Positions 1 through 9,365 are shown, counted from the first letter of the stretch. The stretch is DNA of 64,000 nt from an uncultured Verrucomicrobiota bacterium (GCA_947305775.1 CAMZEN010000008.1:2646-66645); one strand, 5' to 3'. Numbers and translations are program-made. Notes: generated from the sequence alone by a model not told the origin.

Positions 1-407
1 TGGGATGATTCTCAAAACGCCAGGCACAACGTCTTACCGCCTGCGGTACGTCACCATATACCATAGGGTCCGAGCGCTTAATCCCTCTAGGCCAATGCAT
101 TTCGCCCTAGGGTCTTTTTCGTTTGCCCTACTGGACAAGTCACAACCAGCCCGCTACTACACCACTCTATACGCCCCCAATAGGGTCAGGTTTTTGAAGT
201 GTTCGGTGAATTGGCATGTTTTCGTTCGGTGAATTGGCGCCACACCTAGACCATCCTCCCTGCTCTACGGACGAGACGAGATCGTCTGTCCCTCGCAAAA
301 TCTCCAATTGGCTAAAATTATCTGTGGCTGAGGTGGGTGCGCGGACACTATGCATAAAGGCGCCACAACTGCAAAGCTTCACATCCACCCGCAACCACAG
401 ACAAAGT

Positions 408-440
408 GGGCGAGGAAGGTTGCGTACTCCTCCCTCGCCC
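408..440 (-). terminator. candidate intrinsic terminator of the giant surface-protein gene
   Basis: On the minus strand GGGCGAGGGAGG / CCUUCCUCGCCC form a 12-bp stem (one G.U) with a 9-nt loop, about 50 nt past the stop at 489-491. The trailing ACUUUGUCUGU is only weakly U-rich. Confidence 0.4.
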
Positions 441-488
441 GGACGGCAGCGCGGTGTGTGCGTGACGCCGCCGCCAAATTATTTGGCC

Positions 489-3400
489 TTAGTAGACCGA
501 GAAGATCGTGCCAGGAATCACCTCGACACTGTAGGTTGTAGTGCCATCAGATATCGAAGAAACGACCCTCGAGCGCGAAACAGTCGTCGTCGGCAGGGGC
601 GAGAGCGTCACATCCGTGACGGAAATGGACGATTCTGCCGCCGTCAACGAGATTGTCCCTGCCGCAAGTGTCTTAGCCGAATCGGCAGAAATTGACACCG
701 CGCAGCCAGCAATCGTCATTGATGCGCATGCCGCATTCGCGTCGAGCGTAACGGTTGAAGCACTCGAGAAAGACACCGTATCGCCAGACTGTGGATAACG
801 GGTGGCCGTCGTGCCGCTTCCAAACGACCAGTTGCCCGCACTGGACCAACGATGATCCTCGACCGTCGACTCTGCAGTCTGCGGATCGGGCGCGAAATAG
901 GCATCCGTCCACGTATAGGCCGTGGGCGCATTCGCCAGGGCGTAGGTGACAATGCCCTCTGCGTCAGGCGCGCCTGGAGTCGATGTAAACTCGGCGCTAC
1001 TCGTGGCGACCGTGACGGTCACGCCGGCGACCTGTTTGATCTTCATGCCATCAAGAATCTGCGTGACAGCGGCATTTTCAAAGAATATCACGTAGTCATA
1101 GCCTGTCCCAAACCCCATCGCGGCCATATAAGCCGCTTGATTAGCCGCTTGCATCGCCAATTCGATGGTCGTGTAATAGGTAAGCGTTCCAGCTGTGCAA
1201 ACCGCCGCAGGCTTCTTCTTCAGCGTGCCGTTGTCGATGTAGTATTCATCCGGGCACGTCGCGTTCTCGTCAAGGATGGTGACGTCTTCGTACGTATGGC
1301 TGTCCGCCACCGCCGCGTCGATCGCTTCCTGGATCGTTTCGTACTTCGTTTCACCATATTGCGCCACGTATGTCGCGGGGGGCGAATAGACGCCGCCTTC
1401 CTTGTACACGACTTGCATTCCGGAGTCGCTGCCGTTCACGTACACGGCGTTGACCGTCACCGTTCCTGTGCCGTTGGTGGCGAGGAGCAGGGTGTCCGCC
1501 GCCGGAGCGGAGGCGAGCGAAATGCGCCCTACCGTCAATGCGGTCGTCGTGCTGTTGTTCAGCGTGCCGGTGTAGTCCGCAATCTCCGTTATCGCCAGCG
1601 AGGACGGCGCGGTGGTTGAAGTGAACGAGAGGTTGCCCGTGCCGGTGATCTTCGCGAACGAATAATGCCAGATTGACGACATCCCCGAAATCGTCACGGC
1701 GCCGTCGAGCCGCAGCGCCGGCGCGACATCCGAACGATGCGCCGTAGTATCAGTCTCTCCTAGCCAGCCACTCGTTATGCCGGTAAGGGCGACGGTCGAA
1801 GCGTCATTGCCGGCGAAAGTCAACTTCGCGCCGTCCGCCGCGAACTGCGGGAGCCTCACCGTGCCCGTCCAGTTGTCGAACGTCATCTGCGCCGTCGGGA
1901 CGGATGCGAGGTTCACCGTCCCCGCGCCCGCGAGTGCCGTCGCCGCCGCGATTGTCGCGCCGTTGGAAAGCGTCAGCGTGATCCCGCTTGCCACCTGCAC
2001 CTTGCCCGCGCCCGAAATCGTCCCGCCGTACACTTCGGGAGACGCTCCGTTCCACGAATTGTCGAAGTTGAGCGTCGTACCGGAAGCTACAGTTACAGTT
2101 GCATTCTTCAGCGCATAGCCAAGCGAATCGGTCTTTGAAATATCAATTGTTCCGCTGCAATCGAACTGAATGATCGCCCCGTCGCTTATCGGACCGAAAT
2201 AGCGATGTGTCGTATTCGGGATGATTACCGTATCTCCCGCGAAATACTTGGTTGCGTTCTGACCTTCGGCATCTGTAGTGAACACCGCAGGGCTATCCCC
2301 GCTTTGATATGTAGAATTCCAGTAAGTTCCGCTCTGCCAGTATATGCTTCCCGTTTCGCGATTGGGCGTGAATGTCAGATAGTAGTTGCCTCCAGCATCG
2401 GCTTCTGCCGCGAGATTCCAGTAGCCGCTTGTCGTTGGCGTGACGGCTATCGATGACTCAGTTCCAAGCGTTGCAACGCCTGTAAGTTGGATGGACGCAA
2501 TGCTAGCGACATTCGCCCAGTTCGCGTCAACGAGGCTCGACACATCGAAGGTCAGCGTCTTGCCCGCAGCAACTTCCACTGCACCTTCGGTGAGGTTTAT
2601 TGCATTATATGCGACGGTGGTATCTGTCTCGAACGATGTTGAAGCCGGGACTATTTTGCCCGTATAGCCAGACTTCAGCGCGACAGATATCGCAGCATCG
2701 CCCGCGAACGTCACGCTCTCGTATTCCGTATTGGCGTCGAGATTGACGGCGACTACCGCATCGGCCTCGGCGCTGTTCGTCAATGTAACGACGCTGTTTG
2801 CGAGCGGCGTATCGGCCTCGGCGTTGTTCACAGTCCACTTGCCCGTTTCCGTCCAATCGGCGGCGGTTTCGCCGGAGGCGAGCGTTCTTGCTGAATCTCC
2901 ATTCGGCGAGAAATACGGCCACTCGGTCTTTAACACCGCCATTTCTGCATCGGAGATGATGCGATCGTAAATGCGCGTCATGGCGATGATTGTCGTGTCG
3001 GTTGTCGCATTCTTGTCGATTGCATTCAAGCCCGACGGAACACCCGCAAAGCCGGAAGCTACCTGAAAGCCAGCGGTCAAGGTGAATGTGATGTCGTTAT
3101 TGACGTACGCAAGCGCAAGCTTGCCGTCAAGGTAGATGTTGACCTGATGGTCGCTTATCTTCTCGAACACGTAGAGGTGCGGCGTTGTGCGGCAACTTGT
3201 CGCAGCCATGGTAGCAAGAGGTGTCAAACCGCTTGAATTGTAGTAGTAGAGTTTCGCCTCGTTCGCGCTCGAGCCAGATGCAAGAAGCAACGCGCCTGCC
3301 GAGCCACACCCGCCACAGTCGAGAAGTATCGTATTGTCGGCAGTGGGCATCGTGCCGTAGAGCGCTACGGTGAACTGCGTCGTAGAGCCGAGGTTGATGT

Positions 3401-6400
3401 CTGTGTATGGACGGCAGTAGGCATAAAGTCCAGAGTACGTGTTGTTCGCCGCATCCGTCAGCGTACCGTACGCGGGTCCTGCATCCTTGCCAAGCGTCAC
3501 CGTTCCGGCAGACGAGCCGCTTGCCGTCGTAATCGTGTTGGTGAACGTGAAGTCATACCAGCAAGCCGCGCCGGAAACGACAACGCTCTCGACCAGCGTG
3601 GAGGTTGAGTCGGTGCGGGTCAGGGTGGCGGTGGTGCCGTCGGCCTTGTTGACCGTGATAGACGCGATGCTGGAGTCGATGTTATCGACTGTGGTCGTGC
3701 CAGTGGCGTATTCCACCTGCGTCTGGTCAATCGCGATGGACGAGCCGGATTCGAGCGTCAGGCCGCTGAAATCGCGAAGAGTTCCGAGGTCCCAGGTGCG
3801 CGAGCCGCCGAGCTCAAACGCGCCCGCCTCGATGACCGGCAGGACGTAATTATCGCCCGTATATGTGTAGAGGAGCGTGCCTTCGCCCTGCTTCTTGACC
3901 TGAAAGTCGCCGAAAATACGGCCTGAGACAGTGAGCGTCTTGCCGGAATCAACGACAATCTTGCCGTTCGCGCCGGCGTTGGAACGAATCGGACAGGCTA
4001 TCGTCGCATTGCCATAGGCGTAAACCGTGGTGCCGTTGGCGATGTTCATGTCGATCGTGGCGGAATACGAAGTGTCACCCGTGCCGGTTATGCTCGCACC
4101 TTCGTAGAGGTTGATGTAGTTGTTGGACCCGCACGTCCAGCGCGTCGCGCCCATCGCGAGAGTCCCGTAAACATTGACAGTCCCGGTGGCATTAAAGCCC
4201 AACGCATCGCTTCCAGTGCTGGTGAGCGTGACGCCTGCCGGGATGTTCAGCGTCCCAAGCATTCCTTGGCTGGCAAACTTGATGCTCGAATTCTGGGTCA
4301 CGTTCAGCGTCGCGGAAGCCGGCACTATAATCTGATGACCGCCGGACGCAATATCGAACTTGCCCGTGAAACCGTCGAAGCTATTAAAGGTGAACTTCGA
4401 GGTGACGGCGCCTTGGTCGTAGAACGTTCCCGTTCCTGCTAGCCCGCCGAATGATACTGTATTGCTGGAATATCCGTTGTCGCAGCGCCAGGCGTATTCC
4501 TCGGAGCCGGTCCCGTCTTCAAGAACAAGCGTATAGTTGCATGTTACGTCGGAACTAGGCGCATATGCCTTGACATTCGTAAACTTCACCTTGGAGCCAG
4601 TGTTGCCCCAGCTGGCCATGTCTGCGGTCAAGTTCGAGTTAACCTTGTCACCGCTGAGCACGCCGAAATCCTTCAGCCACATCGTGCCCGTCCAGTCCGC
4701 ATTGGAGAACGATATGCCGCTTGTAATCGTTGGCAGGACTCCGGAGTACTGCACGACGCCCGAGCCCTTCGCAGTGCCGACGAGCGCACCCGCCGACGAA
4801 ACCTTCACAACGCCAGGCTGGGGGAAGTAAATCGTCGAAGCCGTGATAGCCAAGCCGGAAATCGTGAGCGTTGAGGTCGCAGGAACGTAGAATGTTATGG
4901 TAGAAAGCGTCGCCGCCGCAGTCACATTCAGCGTCGCGTCGATTCCTGCAGAAACATTGACGACGGCATCGTCGCTGCTCGTCCACGTCGTAGGCAATTC
5001 CACTGTCTCGGCGGACGTTATGTTAAGAACCGTTGGCTCAACGACGGAAATGGAGCCATCGGCGTTTGCCTTGTAGCCGGTGTTGTGGTCGATGTCGCCG
5101 CTAATAGATGTTGCGACGAAGTACGGGAATGTCGCTCCTGTCGGGAACGTGAAGGTCGTATCTTCGTCAACCGTCAATGCGCCCTGGATGTATGCGGATG
5201 TTGTCGAAGCGCTCGCCGTCGGCTGGTCGGAGAAATCGAGCTTCGCGCTTGAGGCGTTCAGCGTCGCGGCTAGCTTTCCGCTGCCATGCAGCTTCAGCGT
5301 GCCGCCGGCGGTGCCGGAAAGAATGTTGGATTTCGCAGTGGTAGCAGTTTTCGTCGTCGTCCCCGCGATGGTGAATGTCTTGCCGGAGGCGATATCGAGG
5401 TTCACCGTGCCGGTCAAATGGCAGCCGCCGGAACGGCCAAACGTGAAATCCTCGTTGAACTCGAACCAGGTCTCTGTCGCGCCCGTCGGATCGCCGAGGA
5501 CGGAATAGCGGGACGCGGACGCAAACGCATACCCGGTCGCGCCCTCTTCTACGATTATGCCGCCGTATGTCACGGGCGAATAGTCTGCCGCAAGCGATTT
5601 CTTGTAGTCGCCTGAAACGAAACGAAGCACAGAACCGGGCGCGACATATTCGGAGCCGGCGTTCGACGAATAGCAGAAATAGTGCCAGTTGGCGCCTGTT
5701 GTGCTATTGGCTGCTCCACCAGTGTATGTTGTTGAAGTATTGCTCCCACTTGTGAGGTCAAATACAGTATAAGATGCTGCTGGCGCCGGTATGCAATTGT
5801 CAATGGCGTATGAAGGTGTCGTCCAAGTCACAATCCGCGACGTGTCTGCATACGACCACTTCTGGTATTTCTCCGCCGACGGCCAAACGTAGTCGGCAAG
5901 GTCGGTGTTGGAGTATGCGTTGCCGGGGAAGATGGCGACTTTCTCGATTATCATTCCTTCCCATGCATTCCATGGGCAGCCGCTTGCTTTGCCCGTCTGA
6001 CCGCCCAGACCAACATAATTCATCTTGGACGATCCCCATGCGTATGCAATTGTTCTTCCGGCCAAAGTGCCAATGCTTGTTCCGGCATACACTTTGAGGG
6101 TGGCGCAGTCATACGACAACATCAAGTACCCGCCTGATGCCGTCATGACAGGATCTTGCGCATTGTCGTTATCAAAACTCTTGTTTGAAGAGCTAACATA
6201 CCAACACGGATGATTTTTGTAGCTCCCTCCACGATACGTAACTATGCCGACATCAGGGATGCTGCCGCTTGTACGATAGCAATAAATAGATGCAGGCACG
6301 ACAGACGCTGAAGGTGACGGCGCCGATTTATATTTTATAAGCACGGTCATGGACGAAGCATTGGCGGCCGATGTGTTTACAATCGCTCCTTTCGAGGCTC

Positions 6401-6614
6401 CGGAGGCAATGACAATGTTCCCATTGGTTACCGAGTTGTCGTTAAGCTCTATCGTGTACGAATTGTCATCGGTGCCGGTTTTGGTGGCGGTGCCGAAATC
6501 GCTTTCCCAGACGACGGTTGCCTTTGGTGCTGTCGCCCAAGCCCCGCCTGTTGCGCAGAGAGCCAATGCGAACGCGAATGTTCGCACTATCGTTCTAGTC
6601 AATTTACCTATCAT
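489..6614 (-). CDS. giant secreted surface protein (2041 aa) with autotransporter-associated beta-strand (PATR)-like repeats and a LamG/concanavalin-like module
   Basis: Uninterrupted ORF. Signal peptide MIGKLTRTIVRTFAFALALCATGGAWA. T/S/G/A/N-rich beta-helix-like composition. PATR-like VKKQGEGTLLYTYTGDNYVLPVIEAGAFELGG. LamG-like LYVFEKISDHQVNIYLDGKLALAY...RIYDRIISDAEM. C-terminus ends in aromatic TIFSVY. Confidence 0.75.
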   Translation of the reverse strand: MIGKLTRTIVRTFAFALALCATGGAWATAPKATVVWESDFGTATKTGTDDNSYTIELNDNSVTNGNIVIASGASKGAIVNTSAANASSMTVLIKYKSAPSPSASVVPASIYCYRTSGSIPDVGIVTYRGGSYKNHPCWYVSSSNKSFDNDNAQDPVMTASGGYLMLSYDCATLKVYAGTSIGTLAGRTIAYAWGSSKMNYVGLGGQTGKASGCPWNAWEGMIIEKVAIFPGNAYSNTDLADYVWPSAEKYQKWSYADTSRIVTWTTPSYAIDNCIPAPAASYTVFDLTSGSNTSTTYTGGAANSTTGANWHYFCYSSNAGSEYVAPGSVLRFVSGDYKKSLAADYSPVTYGGIIVEEGATGYAFASASRYSVLGDPTGATETWFEFNEDFTFGRSGGCHLTGTVNLDIASGKTFTIAGTTTKTATTAKSNILSGTAGGTLKLHGSGKLAATLNASSAKLDFSDQPTASASTTSAYIQGALTVDEDTTFTFPTGATFPYFVATSISGDIDHNTGYKANADGSISVVEPTVLNITSAETVELPTTWTSSDDAVVNVSAGIDATLNVTAAATLSTITFYVPATSTLTISGLAITASTIYFPQPGVVKVSSAGALVGTAKGSGVVQYSGVLPTITSGISFSNADWTGTMWLKDFGVLSGDKVNSNLTADMASWGNTGSKVKFTNVKAYAPSSDVTCNYTLVLEDGTGSEEYAWRCDNGYSSNTVSFGGLAGTGTFYDQGAVTSKFTFNSFDGFTGKFDIASGGHQIIVPASATLNVTQNSSIKFASQGMLGTLNIPAGVTLTSTGSDALGFNATGTVNVYGTLAMGATRWTCGSNNYINLYEGASITGTGDTSYSATIDMNIANGTTVYAYGNATIACPIRSNAGANGKIVVDSGKTLTVSGRIFGDFQVKKQGEGTLLYTYTGDNYVLPVIEAGAFELGGSRTWDLGTLRDFSGLTLESGSSIAIDQTQVEYATGTTTVDNIDSSIASITVNKADGTTATLTRTDSTSTLVESVVVSGAACWYDFTFTNTITTASGSSAGTVTLGKDAGPAYGTLTDAANNTYSGLYAYCRPYTDINLGSTTQFTVALYGTMPTADNTILLDCGGCGSAGALLLASGSSANEAKLYYYNSSGLTPLATMAATSCRTTPHLYVFEKISDHQVNIYLDGKLALAYVNNDITFTLTAGFQVASGFAGVPSGLNAIDKNATTDTTIIAMTRIYDRIISDAEMAVLKTEWPYFSPNGDSARTLASGETAADWTETGKWTVNNAEADTPLANSVVTLTNSAEADAVVAVNLDANTEYESVTFAGDAAISVALKSGYTGKIVPASTSFETDTTVAYNAINLTEGAVEVAAGKTLTFDVSSLVDANWANVASIASIQLTGVATLGTESSIAVTPTTSGYWNLAAEADAGGNYYLTFTPNRETGSIYWQSGTYWNSTYQSGDSPAVFTTDAEGQNATKYFAGDTVIIPNTTHRYFGPISDGAIIQFDCSGTIDISKTDSLGYALKNATVTVASGTTLNFDNSWNGASPEVYGGTISGAGKVQVASGITLTLSNGATIAAATALAGAGTVNLASVPTAQMTFDNWTGTVRLPQFAADGAKLTFAGNDASTVALTGITSGWLGETDTTAHRSDVAPALRLDGAVTISGMSSIWHYSFAKITGTGNLSFTSTTAPSSLAITEIADYTGTLNNSTTTALTVGRISLASAPAADTLLLATNGTGTVTVNAVYVNGSDSGMQVVYKEGGVYSPPATYVAQYGETKYETIQEAIDAAVADSHTYEDVTILDENATCPDEYYIDNGTLKKKPAAVCTAGTLTYYTTIELAMQAANQAAYMAAMGFGTGYDYVIFFENAAVTQILDGMKIKQVAGVTVTVATSSAEFTSTPGAPDAEGIVTYALANAPTAYTWTDAYFAPDPQTAESTVEDHRWSSAGNWSFGSGTTATRYPQSGDTVSFSSASTVTLDANAACASMTIAGCAVSISADSAKTLAAGTISLTAAESSISVTDVTLSPLPTTTVSRSRVVSSISDGTTTYSVEVIPGTIFSVY

Positions 6615-6907
6615 ACCTCACACCTCAGCCCCTCGTTTTAGATCGGGCTTGGTGCGGGACTTTTGACACCTCCCCCGAAGCATCGAGTGAGGTGCGTAGG
6701 AAGAACCTATAGAAGATACAACGGAGAAGGCGAAACTGCACAAAGGCAGTATCCTTTTCTGCTGCGTCTTCTCGAGTGACAGGTTCCTACGCTTCCACTC
6801 AACGCAATCCCAATCGCAATTCAGGCAACACGTTATCGCCCTTCTCGCGCGGGAAATCTAGTCTACCAATTTGCGAACCATTGTCCGCCTATCAGCAGAT
6901 GTTAGAG
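6615..6907 (-). promoter_or_regulatory. ~290-nt structured 5' leader of the giant gene (candidate riboregulator, SD/anti-SD)
   Basis: Lies between the -10 element at 6908-6916 and the ATG at 6614. Long-range helix 6685-6708 x 6781-6800 encloses mutually exclusive small hairpins (6709-6780). CACCUCAC (plus gagtgaggtg, 6685-6694) is complementary to the SD region GAGGUGUGAGGU (6615-6628). Confidence 0.45.
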
Positions 6908-6916
6908 AGTATACCA
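6908..6916 (-). promoter_or_regulatory. extended -10 promoter element TGGTATACT
   Basis: Reverse complement of plus agtatacca. Matches the window-wide TGnTAtAAT motif. Sits downstream of the DUF3800 stop and upstream of the giant gene. Confidence 0.5.
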
Positions 6917-6994
6917 AAAATGATTGATGCGTGCAAGGGGTGGAATTGAAAAATCCCGAATTGGATTTGCGTTAGTCTGCTATCAGGATCTTCT

Positions 6995-7684
6995 TCAGAT
7001 TTCCTTAACCTTTATCTTCTTAAGGACATTGCGCTTGAAATTGCGCGGTCCTCCGAAGAAACGCATCTCAGACAATGTCATAGGCAGCCCGTTTAGAAGC
7101 CGCAATTCTATCAGGTGCAATGTGCAGACCAAGTCAGCAAGTTGAAAAAGCCTGTATCGCTCGGGCCGCACACCTTGCGCAAACTCAACAGAAAGGCCAA
7201 GCCGTTCCTCGAATGTCTTGTGCAGAAGGTTCGTGACTGGCGATTGTCCACAATCGTAGTATATCTTCACGCGACAGACGGCAGAGATCGAATCCCTGTG
7301 CGAATCAATGAAGCGTTCCAGCTCTATGCGCAACCGCTCGACTATCTGATCCACGGATGTGATGAACTTCTTGTCGACGCTCAGGCAATGGTATTTGAAA
7401 TCCACATTACTGGCAAACGCCATCATACGGGAAAAGATGCGCCCTCTGAACTTTCGGCTGAGTATTTCATAGCCCTTTTCCTTGCGGATGAGAGGCCCCG
7501 CATGGAAGCAATGCCCCTCTAGTCCAAGCATGTCCTCCATGCGCGTCAACTCTTCAACCAACTCGTCAATGCTGTTTTCCTGATTGTGGAACACCATGCC
7601 CAATATGTAGAAACGAGAATCGGAGTCTGGATATTGAAACCTGCCAGACTCGTCAACAAAGATGCTAAGCGTCGTATCACTCAC
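6995..7684 (-). CDS. DUF3800 family protein (229 aa)
   Basis: N-terminal LSIFVDESGRF and C-terminal RLFQLADLVCTL match the DUF3800 pattern (xDESG ... QxAD). The gene and its flanks look visibly lower in GC than neighbours. Confidence 0.65.
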   Translation of the reverse strand: MSDTTLSIFVDESGRFQYPDSDSRFYILGMVFHNQENSIDELVEELTRMEDMLGLEGHCFHAGPLIRKEKGYEILSRKFRGRIFSRMMAFASNVDFKYHCLSVDKKFITSVDQIVERLRIELERFIDSHRDSISAVCRVKIYYDCGQSPVTNLLHKTFEERLGLSVEFAQGVRPERYRLFQLADLVCTLHLIELRLLNGLPMTLSEMRFFGGPRNFKRNVLKKIKVKEI

Positions 7685-7791
7685 AGCAACAGACTCCTAA
7701 AGAGAAGGCGACGGAAATCGCTTCCCGCCACCCACGCGAAGACTTTCCTCCGCATCCAGATGATCCCCTCCCTTAGGTTGAGATCGTTTGT

Positions 7792-7800
7792 ATTATAGCA
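7792..7800 (-). promoter_or_regulatory. extended -10 promoter element TGCTATAAT
   Basis: Reverse complement of plus attatagca, in context gaatatgctataat, about 108 nt upstream of the DUF3800 start. Confidence 0.5.
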
Positions 7801-7871
7801 TATTCCCATTTACCCTCGCAAGTGGGTGAACAGTATAACCCTCCGCACTCGGTTGGTATATACCTCTCAAA

Positions 7872-9233
7872 TCAAGCGCGGCGAAAGAGGGACTCATCCA
7901 CTGCCCTTCTCCCAACGTGTCCGCGCCACTTCAGCATGGACAGCAGCACCGCAAGTGCTAGAAGAGGCTGGTAGTATAGGCTCTTTGCGAGCGAAAGCGA
8001 ATCGACCTGGATGTCCAGCCCCTTGGCTACGCCCATCGCAATCAAAATCTGCGCACCATACGGCAAAAGCCCCTGCACGACGCAGGACGCCGTGTCAAGC
8101 ACAGATGCCACGCGCACCGGGTCTACCTTGAACTTCTCCGCGCATGCTTTCGCGATCGGCCCCGCGATGACGATTGCGACGGTATTGTTCGCGGTGAAGC
8201 AGTTCACAGCGGAAACGAGGAAGAAAACGCCAAGTTCGCAGGAGCGAGGTCCCCTTATCACCTTCGCGATGCGGTCCGTGAGCCATGCGATGCCGCCGTT
8301 CTCGCGCACGGACCTGAACAGCCCGCCCGCGAGCAGCGCCACGATGAGGGTCTCACCCATTCCAAGCGCACCCTTGCCCAGCAGGTCCATCGCGTCGAAG
8401 AACGCGAACCGCCCAAGTGCGCCGCCGATGACTGCCGAGAGGAGCGTCCCGAAGAACAGGAGCGCCATCACGTTAAAACCGACCAACGCGAGCGCCAGTA
8501 CGAACACATAGGGAGCCACGAGGATGAAATGCTGTCCCGACACGGGCGCGGTTTCGACGACCCCTGCGGCGGAAGAGCCGGACATCGCATAGAGGAAAAG
8601 CGCGACCAAAGCTGCCGGCGAGGCGATGAAGCCGTTCGCAAGGAACTTGTCCTTCATCCGCACGCCTTGCGTCCGTGTTGCGGCAATCGTCGTGTCGGAG
8701 ATCATCGACATGTTGTCGCCGAACATCGCCCCGCCTATCGTCGCACCCATCAGGAGCGCCGGGCTCAGGTGAAGCGGTTCCGCGAAGCCGAGCGCAATCG
8801 GCGTCACGGCGGCGATTGTCCCGCAGGACGTTCCGATCGCCAGCGAAATAAGGCACGACACAAGGAACACACCCGTCACCATGAACTGCGCCGGAACAAA
8901 GCGTTCCGCAATGGCGACCGCCGCATCAACAGCCCCCGCCCCCTTCGCTATCGTGGCGAATGCGCCCGCGAGAATGAAGACAAGGCACATGACCATGATG
9001 TTAGGGTCGCCCATCCCGCGCGCGTACGTCTCGACCTTCTCATCCAGGGAATGGCGTCCAAAGAGGAGCGACGCCGCGGATGCCACCATGAACGCGACAG
9101 GCATCGACACTTTGTACCACGGCATATCGAACCCGAGGTGCGCGGCGAAAAGCGACAACCCTACGTAAAACGCTGCGAACACGACGAACGGGAGCAACGC
9201 GGCGCCGTTCGGCCTTATAGTGCCGCCGCTCAT
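7872..9233 (-). CDS. nhaC: Na+/H+ antiporter, NhaC family (453 aa)
   Basis: Polytopic membrane protein. Stretches such as GMGDPNIMVMCLVFILAGAF, GTSCGTIAAVTPIALG and GGAMFGDNMSMISDTTI are typical of NhaC-type antiporters. Confidence 0.75.
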   Translation of the reverse strand: MSGGTIRPNGAALLPFVVFAAFYVGLSLFAAHLGFDMPWYKVSMPVAFMVASAASLLFGRHSLDEKVETYARGMGDPNIMVMCLVFILAGAFATIAKGAGAVDAAVAIAERFVPAQFMVTGVFLVSCLISLAIGTSCGTIAAVTPIALGFAEPLHLSPALLMGATIGGAMFGDNMSMISDTTIAATRTQGVRMKDKFLANGFIASPAALVALFLYAMSGSSAAGVVETAPVSGQHFILVAPYVFVLALALVGFNVMALLFFGTLLSAVIGGALGRFAFFDAMDLLGKGALGMGETLIVALLAGGLFRSVRENGGIAWLTDRIAKVIRGPRSCELGVFFLVSAVNCFTANNTVAIVIAGPIAKACAEKFKVDPVRVASVLDTASCVVQGLLPYGAQILIAMGVAKGLDIQVDSLSLAKSLYYQPLLALAVLLSMLKWRGHVGRRAVDESLFRRA

Positions 9234-9261
9234 TCCGGAATCCCCTCATGCATCGACTTCT

Positions 9262-9277
9262 TGTGATTCAAATCACA
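9262..9277. promoter_or_regulatory. perfect inverted repeat TGTGATT-CA-AATCACA in the nhaC leader (candidate operator)
   Basis: 7+2+7 palindrome read directly. Lies between the nhaC -10 element (9300-9308) and the start codon (9233). Confidence 0.3.
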
Positions 9278-9299
9278 CCTCTTTCCCTTTTCGGCGGAT

Positions 9300-9308
9300 A
9301 TTATACCA
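9300..9308 (-). promoter_or_regulatory. extended -10 promoter element TGGTATAAT (nhaC)
   Basis: Reverse complement of plus attatacca, in context gatatttggtataat, 67 nt upstream of the nhaC ATG. Confidence 0.55.
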
Positions 9309-9365
9309 AATATCCCGTGTTCACAAAGATGGATTGCCTCTATGTTGCCCTGTGGTGTTGGGATA

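Noticed and set aside
7854-7862. Plus-strand TGGTATATA promoter-like element just outside the nhaC 3' end.
   Set aside because: No + strand gene lies downstream. It would only drive antisense transcription into nhaC. It is part of the palindrome GGTATATACC and may be a chance match. Left unannotated.
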